Origin: Eledone cirrhosa
Taxonomy: Eukaryota
DNA: 64,000 nucleotides
Direction: 5' to 3'
Assembly (NCBI GenBank): GCA_964016885.1
Contig: OZ024754.1
Coordinates: 35,774,001-35,838,000 of the forward strand
Below are positions 40,801-53,081 of the stretch, piece after piece. The position numbers and the translations under genes are program-made. Positions within the stretch are counted from its first letter, which is position 1. Each line of letters begins with the position of its first letter. The notes under the pieces were generated by a model, which saw only the letters and a list, made by a program, of their open reading frames with translations, made no database searches and was not told the DNA's origin.

Positions 40801-43800
40801 GTAATGTTGTGTCTTAACCATTTAAACCTTTTAGAGCAGGCATGTCAAACATGCGGCCCTTCACAAGCACACCTGTGGCCCACACAAAGGTTTTTACAGT
40901 TGTAATGTGCGCAGTTAGTAGTCGTGTGTGGCCCTCAGACAACACATAAGTGACCCATGTGGCCCTCAGACAACACATAAGTGGCCCTCAGTGGACCCTC
41001 AGTTTGACAGGCCTATTTTAGAGCCCTTTCCTCTCCAGATCTGAACACAGCAAATGAAAGGTAAAGTGAGAAAGAGGGAAAGGAAGAATTTACCCCTGTC
41101 CTGAATTGGAGTGGTATGGCAGTATCGGTAGAGGGTCGGACGCCATGCTTTGACGCATAGAGTTACGGCCCTTTCCAATCTGAGTTCAAATCCCGCCGAG
41201 GTTAACTTTGCCGTTCATCGTTACGGGGGTCGATAAAATAAAGTACCAGTAATGTACTGAGTAATTGCTGGCCTTGTGCCAAAAGTAGAAACAATTATAT
41301 TAGCCTTGAAAGGGTGAAAGGGTGAAATTGACCTTGGTGGGATTTGAACACGGAAAGCTGTCTGAATACTGCAAAGTATTCTATCTGGTGTTCTAACAAT
41401 TGGTAAATTTCAAAACATAATTTGTTCTAAAGCAAAAGCTGCCTGTGAAGAATAAATTTCTCTGTCAGATCTGCCAGCTCCTACGCAGGTCAAGAACACC
41501 ATCATATGAATTAAAATCTAATCTACATAGGTATACCCTTCTTTTTCAAGTTGATGTAAAATGATAATGGCAATATGGATTTCTCTATTATGTGTTCCAG
41601 CCAACATTTTACATCTTTCTAAATTGTAGAGTTCCTGTAAAAGATTAAATCTGTCAACCGAGGAATCACAGGATGGCTTCTACAAGAGTCTTGGAGATTT
41701 TCAATCCCCAGAAATAAATCCAAACAGCTTGAAATTTTCCATTGATTCACAGACTTCACCTATGTTGGATGAACACGGGTTAGTATAGGTTTTTATGGAT
41801 TGATTTTCTTGTTTTAACCCTTTTGATACCATCTTTGTGAGGGCGCGTGGCTGAGTGGTTAAAGAATTAGATTCGCAATTGTGAGGTTGTGAGTTCGATT
41901 CCCTGACAGGGTGATGCGTTATGTCCTTGGACAAGACATTTTATTTCATGTTGCTCCTTTTACCTGGAGCTGTGACTGATAGATAGTATTAGCAATTGGA
42001 AAGACCAATAGAAACATTGTTTTCTCGGTCTCATTTGACGAAAGTCGATCAATTGTTGGTACCATGTTGAAAAAGCCCATAATTCTCTGATATAAAACTA
42101 TTTATTTTAAAATGTTAATATTTCAATAGAAATATGGTTAAAGTGTAATACTTATCTAAAAACCTTCCATCCTGATATTATGTAAGATCTTTTAGTTTCT
42201 GAACACCAATTTAAAAATGAGTGAGTTAGTTATATTACTAAATCACACCAAAAGAATTATTTTATGTCTGAGAAATAGGCAAAAATCCAAACCTTGTTTA
42301 TAAGCTGACACAGGTAATCAACAAATTGTTAAGATGGTGCAGTTTTGTAAATCTCATAAATGGAGAATATATTTATGAAGTTTTAATATTTTGATAGTTA
42401 AAATGTTTTAAGTAACATTTTGAGTATAGTTTTTATTTCACAGTTCCATTACATAATGATTTTTTTTACCGACTTCCAACTGTTTTGAAGGCTATGTTCA
42501 TTGAAAACATCAAAAGCAAGAGGAAAAACAAATTTCACGTTAAAGTAAAACTGGTGTAATATTCACCTACAAAACGAAAATAGTTTAGCACATTATTAGT
42601 GAAAATCAGCAAAATATTGACCTTGAATATAAGCTACCCCCACTTTTTTTTTTACTATTGTTTTTTTGTCATATATTTCTCAGTTTATACATAAGTGTAG
42701 CAAAGTTGTTATGATTTTTCCTGTGGCCACCTACAGTATATGGTGTGTAGTTGTATATATGTGTAAATTTAAATCTTTCAGCTTCCTGAGAGTAAAGTCT
42801 TCGGGTGTAACAACTCACAAGCCAAAGCGTTCAGCACTGGACTCACTGTGTGATACAGAGGATAATATGGAGGACATTATTGGTTTATGTTCTGGCCAGT
42901 TTGCAGGTAATTATGTAACTTCTGAAGCAACTTTCTGTTAAATAAGTATGTATATCAGTGCATGTGTGTGTGTATGTTCCAGTTTCGGTGTAGTATCATC
43001 ATCATCATCATTTTACGTTCGCTTTTCCCTGCTTGCAAGGGTGGGACGGGAACTGATTCTGGCTTGATTTCTACAGCTGGATGCCCTTCCTAACACCAAC
43101 CTCATTTACAGTGAGTGCTGGGTCCCTTTTTTTCTGTGGTGCCTACACGTCCACTTTACAGTGGAAGGATAGGGACCCCAGTCCCTATCATCTCATTTCT
43201 ACAGCTGAGTAAACTAGAGCAATGTGAAATAAAGTGTCTTGCTCAAGGAAACAACACATCACCCAGTCTAAGAATTGAACTCACAACCTTTCGATTGCAA
43301 GGCCAATGCTCTAACCACTAAGCCATGTGCCTCCATGTAGTATGTATATATATAGTGAAGGCGCATGGCTGAATGATTAGAGAATTGGATTCACTATCTT
43401 GAGGTCGATGCGTTCAATTCCTGGACCGGTCGATGCGTTATGTCCTTGAGCAAGACACTTTATTTCACGTTGCTCCTTCTATCTGGAGTTGCGACCGATA
43501 GATAGTATTAGCAATTGGAAAGACTCATGGAAACATTGTTTCCTCGGTCTAATTTGACTGACTATATATATATATATATACCTTGTAATAATGGAGTTAA
43601 GAATTTACCATTTTTTTAAATAAAATAAATTTCCCTTGTTAAATTCAGATGGCGACGACAAAACAAAACCTTGCCGGACCCTTTTCAATGACAACATTAA
43701 TTTCAACTCTCAATTTCCTCTCAGGTAAACATCATTATTATTACTATCGATAAAATAAAGTACCAGTAAAGCAATTTGTAATTGCTGGCCTTGTGCCAAA

Positions 43801-46800
43801 AGTAGAAACAATTATTATTGTCTCTCCTCATATTTGTATATGTATATTGTATATATGTATATTGTATATATGCTTTGTCCAAAGTACAAGTCAAACTGTA
43901 TAATATTGTGATATTGTCTTATATAGTATCAGTAGAGGGTCGGACGCCATGCTTTCCAGCATAGTTACGTCCCTTTACGATCTGAGTTCAAATCCCGCCG
44001 AGGTTGACTTTGCCTTTCATCCTTACGGGGTCGATAAAATAAAGTACCAGTAATGCACTGGGTAATTGCTGGCCTTGTGCCTAAAGTAGAAACAATTATA
44101 TATAAGGTTATTATTGAGGGGGTGGATTGGCAGTATCGGTGGAGCGTTGAACAACATGCTTTGTGGTATAGAGTTACGTCTCTTTACTTCTGAGTTAATA
44201 TCCTATCGGGGGCTAGCTTTACCTTCATTCTTATGTGGGGTCGATAAAATAAAGTACCAGTAACACTCTGGTGTTGATTTAATCAACTGTCCTCTCGTTT
44301 CAAATTGCTGGCCTTGTGTCTAAATCAGAAACCATTGGATTGGCAGAATCGGTAGAGGGTCGGACGCCATGCTAGGGTGGTGGATTGGCAGTATCGGTAA
44401 AGGGTCGGACGCCATGCTAGGGTGGTGGATTGGCAGTATCGGTAAAGGGTCGGACGCCATGCTAGGGTGGTGGATTGGCAGTATCGGTAGAGGGTCGGAC
44501 GCCATGCTTTCCAGCATAGAGTTACGGTCCTTTCCATTCTGAGTTCAAATCCTGCCGAGGTTAACTTTGCCTTTCATCCTTATGGGGGTCGGTAAAATAA
44601 AATACCAGTAATGCACTGGGATAATTGCTGGCCTTGTGCCAAAAGTAGAAACAATTATTACTTTCCTTTATTTTTGTAATTTAATCTAATATTATTTTTT
44701 CGTTTGTTGTAAGTAACCTAACAGGAATAGTGAAGGTCTGTGACCAAGTAGTGTGGCTGTTAGTTGAAATAAAAAACAATTTCCACTAAGATTAAATGGT
44801 TAAAATGGAGGGTCATATTATACACAAATACAGGTTTTCAGAAATATTTACCAATCTTATTTCAATAGCCATTAATCTTAGTTGAAATTTTAGCTTCAGC
44901 AATAGGGTTATATTATACACAGAAACAGGGTGATAATGTACACAGAAATAGGGTGATAATGTACACAGAAATAGGGTGATATTGTACCCAGAAACAGGGT
45001 TATATTATACACAGAAACAGGGTTATATTATGCACAGAAACAGGGTGATAATGTACACAGAAACAGGGTGATATTGTACACAAAAACAGGGTTATATTGT
45101 ACACAGAAACAGGGTGATATTATACACAGAAACAGGGTGATATTATACACAGAAACAGGGTGATAATGTACACAGAAACAGGGTGATAATGTACACAGAA
45201 ACAGAGTGATATTGTACACAGAAACAGGGTGATATTGTACACAGAAACAGGGTTATATTATACACAGAAACGGTGATATTATGCACAGAAACAGGGTGAT
45301 ATTGTACACAGAGAGAAACGGTGATATTATACACAAAGAAATTCAGTATTTGCCTTTATTTTTAATTGATGATAGTCAATAATATCTAACTTTTTCTTCT
45401 GTTTGGTTCTATTCTTTAGTGGAAATTTCTCTTGGAACAAGAAACCCCAAAATAAAAGTTCTGCTGAAACCAATGTATTTGGTGAAGGATTTGGATCTTT
45501 GGAGTTATTGTCTGATGATGAAGACAGTAATCGTGGTAGTGGCAAGGTAATCTTATAACACTTTTTCTACACCTCTTCCTTAACAAAAGGGAGTTGGCAC
45601 CAGGAAATGTACCCTTCTGTAGAACAGTGCCAGATAATGCATATAAAGCCTGTTATGGAACCAGCAAGACTAACCCCTGTTCTAGCTGGGAAAATGGCCT
45701 GAAAATATTTTGTGGGTTAGTTTAGTCTTCTTGGCTAATAAATATAGTTTTTATTTATATACTAGTCAAGATATAACATGATAGGAATTATCATTAAAAC
45801 ACTCCAGAAACTTCATATAAGCTACAACCTTGTTAGAGACCAGCTAAATCTACATAGGTGGGAGCTGTAAAAACAGGACATGAATGGGGTATCCACTATC
45901 ATTAACCCTTTACCATTTACATTACTCTATATTTACTATTGTATCTTCACAAAATTATCTCGCATAATATTGAATATACAAGATTTTGTTATTTATTTTG
46001 AGAACAATACCATAACCCTTTAGCATTTAAACCAGCTGTATCCAGCCTGAATTCTCTCGCCTCTTTCTGTTCAAACCGGCCATAACCGGTTGCAACCGGC
46101 TGCTCATACTGATGTTAAGGTTTTGTTCTCAAAATAAATAATATCAAAATCTCTTAGATTCGATATTATGTGGGATAATTATGTGAAATAAAGTGTTTAC
46201 TGTGAAAATACAATAGTAAATGTAGAGAAATGTAAATGCTAAAGGGTTAATGTCAGTATAAGGAGCTGGTTATGGCCAGTTTAAACAGAAAGAGGTGAGA
46301 GAATTCTGGCAAGATATGGCCAGTTTAAATGCTAAAGGGTTAATGTCAGTATAAGGAGCTGGTTATGGCCAGTTTAAACAGAAAGAGGTGAGAGTATTCT
46401 GGCCAGATGCGGCTGGTTTAAATGCTAAAGGGTTAATGTCAGTATAAGGAGCTGGTTATGGCCAGTTTAAACAGAAAGAGGTGAGAGAATTCTAGCCAGA
46501 TACGGCCAGTTTAAATGCTAAAGGGTTAATGTCAGTATAAGGAGCTGGTTATGGCCAGTTTAAACAGAAAGAGGTGAGAGTATTCTGGCCAGATACACCC
46601 AGTTTAAATGCTAAAGGGTTAATGTCAGTATAAGGAGCTGGTTATGGCCAGTTTAAACAGAAAGAGGTGAGAGTATTCTGGCCAGATGTGGCTGGTTAAA
46701 ATACCCTAGATGCTTTGTATGAGATACATCATAGGACGTCAGCTAAACCAACAAAAGTGTGAGTTCTAAATTTCATATTGTATTGTTACAGGAAGATGAT

Positions 46801-46972
46801 GATGATACTGATGTCATTAATGATAGTGATGATGATGATGATGATGATAATGGTGGTGCTAAAGACGGGAGTGATGAAGAAAATGGTTCCACACAAAAAT
46901 TCTCTGGATTTACTTACAACAAGAAATCTAAGTATGAAATCTAACACTTTCTTTGTCATTCGTTAATTTGCC

Positions 46973-47005
<33 letters not shown>

Positions 47006-47088
47006 GTGCATGCATATATGTATGTGTGCATATATACATGTATGTGTGTGTATATATATATATATATACATGTATGTCTGCCTGTCTG

Positions 47089-47119
<31 letters not shown>

Positions 47120-47441
47120 CATCATTTTACGTTCGCTTTTCCCTGCTTGCAAGGGTGGGATGGGAATTTTATTCTGGCTTGATTTTTACAGCTGGATGCC
47201 CTTCCTAACACCAACCTCATTTACAGTGAGTGCTGGGTGCTTTTTTGCTGTGGCACCTCCACGACCACTTTGCAGTGGAATGATAGGGACCCCCAGTTCC
47301 TATCATCTCATTTCTACAGCTGAGTAAACTGGAGCAATGTGAAATAAAGTGTCTTGCTCAAGGAAACAACACATCACCCGGTCTGAAAGTTGAACTCACA
47401 GCCTTTCGATTGCAAGGCCAATGCTCCAACCACTAAGCCAT

Positions 47442-47485
<44 letters not shown>

Positions 47486-50400
47486 TATATTTATTTATTT
47501 TGCAAGCAGGGAAAAGCGGACATAAAATGATGATGATGTCTGTCTGTGTATGTATATATATATATGTTTGTGTGTGTGTGTATATATATATATATATGTA
47601 ATTCGTTTTTGTATTTGTTTTGCAAGATTTCTTATCTGAAAACATGTGTTGAAACAGATATTGTTATACTTGGGAGGGTCATGTTGCCAATAAAAACACA
47701 TTCACCTGTTGGTTTTCACTTTAATTTATTATAAATTTCTGGTTGGTTGGTTGGTTTGATAACTGGAAGGTTGTTTATATATTGTCAAAGCTCTTTCGTC
47801 ACACATTCTGTGACCTCAGTGACTAGGTTTTTATTTTGTCTCTCTCTCTCCTTTGTTCTGTCCTACACCATCTTGTTTTTGTGAACAAAGGAGAGATGTG
47901 TGTATATATATTATATGTGTGTATTTATATACACTGTCACTCACTATGTTGTGTCTATTGCAGAAAAATCAGAAACGAGTTTTTGGAAGATGAAGCTGAA
48001 CTCTCTGGTCAGGTTATTTTTTTTTTTTATGTTCTATTTTATGGAATGACATAGTTTTTTTCTTTTTGGCTCAAGGCCAGCAATTTGAAGGGAAGGGGAA
48101 AATTGGTTAAATCGACACCAGCACATTACTGGTACTCTACATTTTGGATTCATCTTTAAATTTGAACATAATTTGCTATAAGAATGTTTTGTTACGTCAC
48201 AAATATTGTCTTAATGAAATAATTAATAATTTTAGTAAATTCCTTCAAATTTTTCATTACGGGGTCGATAAAATAAAGTACCAGTAATACACTAGGTTAT
48301 TGCTGGCCTTGTGCCTAAAATAGAAACAATTAATTATTTATATGATCACACCGAGATAGGCAAACATTTTCGCACGTCTATGGATATTTCTAATTGAGCC
48401 TTATAGTATGAAGAAACACAAATGTGGTGCCAAAAACACAAAATTATAGTGGAATTAATTTTCTTTTAATTACCGTATTTCCCGGCGTCAAAGACGCTAC
48501 TTTTTTCCTAAAATAAGTCTCAAAAATGGAGGCCGAAGTTTCATTATTTTTTTTTAAAATTTTTGGTTGTCAAAATTAGGGTGCGTCGTCAAGGACGGGA
48601 AATACGGTAATTATAATATGATTAAATCAATAAATATGTTTTATTCGTTCGTAACGTGGAAAATATAAAACTATTCTCAAGGGAAGCAACTTTGCGAATA
48701 ATTGCTTCCCTTAGATTATATGTAAGTTCTTGAGACCCTTAATACATTGTTTTTTACCCCTTCCTCTCCCAGATCATGCTTAACCCTTTAGTATTTACAT
48801 TACCCTATATATACTATTGTATTTTTGTGGTAAAGTCTTTATCTTACATAATTATCTCACATAACAGAGTCTATGAAATATTGATATTATTTATTTTGAG
48901 AACAATACCTTAATGTCAGTATGAGCAGCCAGTTACGGCCAGTTTGAACAGAAAGAGGTGAGAGAATTCTGGTCGGGTTAAAGAGAAGAGGGCAGTGACC
49001 ATCCCACTTTTGAACCTCCATGATAGGTGGGGGGCTTGCTCTGAATTCTTGTAGCAGAGTGGACTCTGTTAAAAGCATCCTAGATTCCCACACCTGCACC
49101 CCCACCAATATACATCCCCCCCACCACCACCAACAACACACATTCCCACACCTGCACTCCCACCACCACCAACACACGTCCCCACACCTGCACTTCCACC
49201 ACCAACACACATTCCCCACACCTGCACTTCCACCACCACACATTCCCCACACCTGCACTTCCACCACCAACACACATTCCCCACACCTGCACTTCCACCT
49301 CCACCACCAACACACATTCCCCACACCTGCACTTCCACCACCAACACACATTCCCCACACCTGCACTTCCACCACCAACACACATTCCCCACACCTGCAC
49401 TTCCACCTTCACCACCAACACACATTCCCCACACCTGCACTTCCACCACCAACACACATTCCCCACACCTGCACTTCCACCACCAACACACATTCCCCAC
49501 ACCTGCACTTCCACCTCCACCACCAACACACATTCCCCACACCTGCACTTTCACCACCAACACACATTCCCCACACCTGCACTTCCACCACCAACACACA
49601 TTCCCCACACCTGCACTTCCACCACCAACACACATTCCCCACACCTGCACTTCCACCTCCACCACCAACACACATTCCCCACACCTGCACTTTCACCACC
49701 AACACACATTCCCCACACCTGCACTTCCACCACCAACACACATTCCCCACACCTGCACTTCCACCTCCACCACCAACACACATTCCCCACACCTGCACTT
49801 TCACCACCAACACACATTCCCCACACCTGCACTTCCACCACCAACACACATTCCCCACACCTGCACTTCCACCACCAACACACATTCCCCACACCTGCAC
49901 TTCCACCTCCACCACCAACACACATTCCCCACACCTGCACTTTCACCACCAACACACATTCCCCACACCTGCACTTCCACCACCAACACACATTCCCCAC
50001 ACCTGCACTTCCACCACCAACACACATTCCCCACACCTGCACTTCCACCTCCACCACCAACACACATTCCCCACACCTGCACTTCCAACACCAACACACA
50101 TTCCCCACACCTGCACCACCACCATCACACATTCCCCACACCTGCACCTCCACCACCAACATACGTCCCCACACTTGCACCCCCACCACCACACATTCCC
50201 CACACCTGCACTTCCACCTTCACCACCAACACACATTCCCACACCTGCACCTCCACCACCAACACACGTCCCCACACTTGCACCCCCACCACCACCACCA
50301 CACATTCCCCACACCTGCACTTCCACCACCAACACACATTCCCACACCTGCACCCCCACCCCCACCACCAACATACGTCCCCACACCTGCGCCCCCACCT

Positions 50401-53008
50401 CCACCACCAATACACGTCCCCACACCTACACCTCCACCCTAGCCCCACCCCCACCTCCAATTAACACACCTGACAATACCATTTCAATACTTTACAGCTA
50501 GTGAATATGACAGTGATGAGAATGACAATCTTGATGATGAGTTTGATGTAATGGAGGAGGAGGAAGGTGACAGAGATGTCACACTTAACGATGAAGAACT
50601 CCGTAACCAGGTGGGCAGAGTACACCTGTAAGTTGGTCATATTTCTCATCTTTTTCCTCATTTTATTGTTGTAATTGTTGTTGTGGTAGTGGTGGTGGTG
50701 ATTGTTGTTGTTGTGATTGTCATGGTTGTAGTGATAGTTGTTGTAATTGTGGTGGTGGTGATGTTATGGTTGTTGTGATAGTTGTTGTAATGGTGGTGGT
50801 GGTGGTGGTTATGGTTGTTGTGATTGTCATGGTTGTTGTGATAGTTGTTGTAATGGTGGTGGTGGTGATGTTATGGTTGTTGTAATGGTGGTGGTGGTGA
50901 TTGTTGTTGTTGTGGTGGTGATGGTTGTTGTGATTGTTGTGATAGTTGTAATGGTGGTGGTGGTGATTGTTGTTGTTGTGGTGGTGATGGTTGTTGTTGT
51001 GGTGGTGATGGTTGTTGTGATTGTTGTGATAGTTGTAATGGTGGTGGTGGTGATTGTTATGGTGGTGGTGATGGTTGTTGTTGTGGTGGTGATGGTTGTT
51101 GTGATTGTTGTGATAGTTGTAATGGTGGTGGTGGTGATTGTTGTTATGGTGGTGATGGTTGTTGTTGTGGTGGTGATGGTTGTTGTGATTGTTGTGATAG
51201 TTGTAATGGTGGTGGTGGTGATTGTTGTTATGGTGGTGATGGTTGTTGTTGTGGTGGTGATGGTTGTTGTGATAGTTGTTGTAATGGTGGTGGTGGTGAT
51301 TGTTGTTATGGTGGTGATGGTTGTTGTTGTGATTGTCATGGTTGTTGTGATAGTTGTTGTAATGGTGGTGGTGGTGATTATGATGGTGATGGTTGTTGTT
51401 GTGATAGTTGTTGTAATGGTGGTGGTGGTGATTGTTATGATGATGGTTGTTGTGATTGTCATGGTTGTTGTAATGGTGGTGGTGATTGTTGTTGTTGTGA
51501 TGGTTGTTGTGATTGTCATGGTTGTTGTGATAGTTGTAATGGTGGTGATGTTATGGTTGTTGTGGTGGTGATGGTTGTTGTGATTGTCATGGTTGATGTG
51601 ATAGTTGTTGTAATGGTGGTGGTTGTTGTTGTTGTTGTGGTGATGGTTGTTGTAATGGTGGTGGTGGTGATTGTTGTTATGGTTGTTGTTGTAATGGTGG
51701 TGATTGTTGTTGTGGTGGTAGTAGCTGATGCTGTTGTGGTGATTGTTGTTACGGTTGTTTGTTGTGGTGATTGTTGTTACGGTTGTTTGTTGTTGTGGTG
51801 GTGGTTATGGTTGTGAATTTTGCTTTTCTCATGGTTAGTATTGGACTCACAATCATAAGATTGTGGGTTTGGTTCCACAACAGGTTAGCATACCAGATGT
51901 TATGGGTTTAATTCCAGAACTGGTTACCACATGTTAGAAAGGTGAACAGCATTGCATAAAATTTGCATAAAGTTTCTTCTATGTAGTTTACTGAGTATTT
52001 CTATCATGTATACATGCAAAGTTATTAATGTTTAACCCCTTAGCACTTACATTACTCTATATATACTATTGTTTTCTTACGGTAAAGGTTTTACCTCACA
52101 TAATTATCTCACATAATATCAAATCTTTGAGATTTTGATATTATTTATTTTGAGAACAATACCTTAACATTGGTATAAGTGGATGGCTTCAGGCAGTTTG
52201 AACAGAAAGAGGTGAGAAAATTCTGGCCGAATATAGCTGGTTTAACTAATACAGGGTTAAAGATACACAAGTTTATATACACATTGTATAAATTTTCTTT
52301 AAAATTTACTAATAAAATGTTAATTTTAGGCTAGACAAGTCACTACATTTTGAAAAAGTTTTGTTAGTTTTTCTAAAATTGATCTGACGATTTAGGTTCT
52401 GACGCATAGCACACCTTTCTAACTCTCTTTCACCTTTTTTATATACTATGTAGCAAGAAGATGATTGATGATGATAAACGAGAAGTGATGCATTTACAAG
52501 AGATGTATCTGCCTGATGGTGATCTCTTTTCTGAAGGGGCTGGCAGGAAACGACAGTTTAGATGGAGAAACATTGGTAAGAAATCCCTTTCTTTTTTTTT
52601 ATCTCGCATAACATAGAGTCTATGAAATTTTGATATTATTTATTTTGAGAACAATACCTTAATGTCAGTATGAGCAGCCAGTTACGGCCAGTTTGAACAG
52701 AAAGAGGTGAGAGAATTCTGGCCAATTTAAATGCTAAAGGGTTAAAGAGAAGTTTTTCTTTCTTCTAACCTCTTTTTTTTACATCCATATTTGTGTGTGT
52801 GTGTGTGTCAGTTTATTACTTGTTGTGTCTCACAAGGGGACAGCTTGTCTAACATGGCTAGTGTGGAAAACAGACGTTAAACAGTGAAGATGATGTTTTC
52901 ACCAGCCCAAAATTAACTGAATGAGCTCCTGTTTGAATACCTGACAGAGCTTTCAATATTACTTCTCTGAAGTGAGAAACTGAATTAGTCTGGCAAATAA
53001 ATATAAAA

Positions 53009-53081
<73 letters not shown>

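Noticed and set aside
48008-48012. Alternative exon 21 donor CAG|gttatt
   Set aside because: Phase 0 does not fit the exon 22 acceptor; the upstream G|gtcagg keeps the frame.
49020-50501. 493-aa His/Pro/Thr-rich ORF
   Set aside because: Translation of a 34/40-bp minisatellite inside a Claspin intron.
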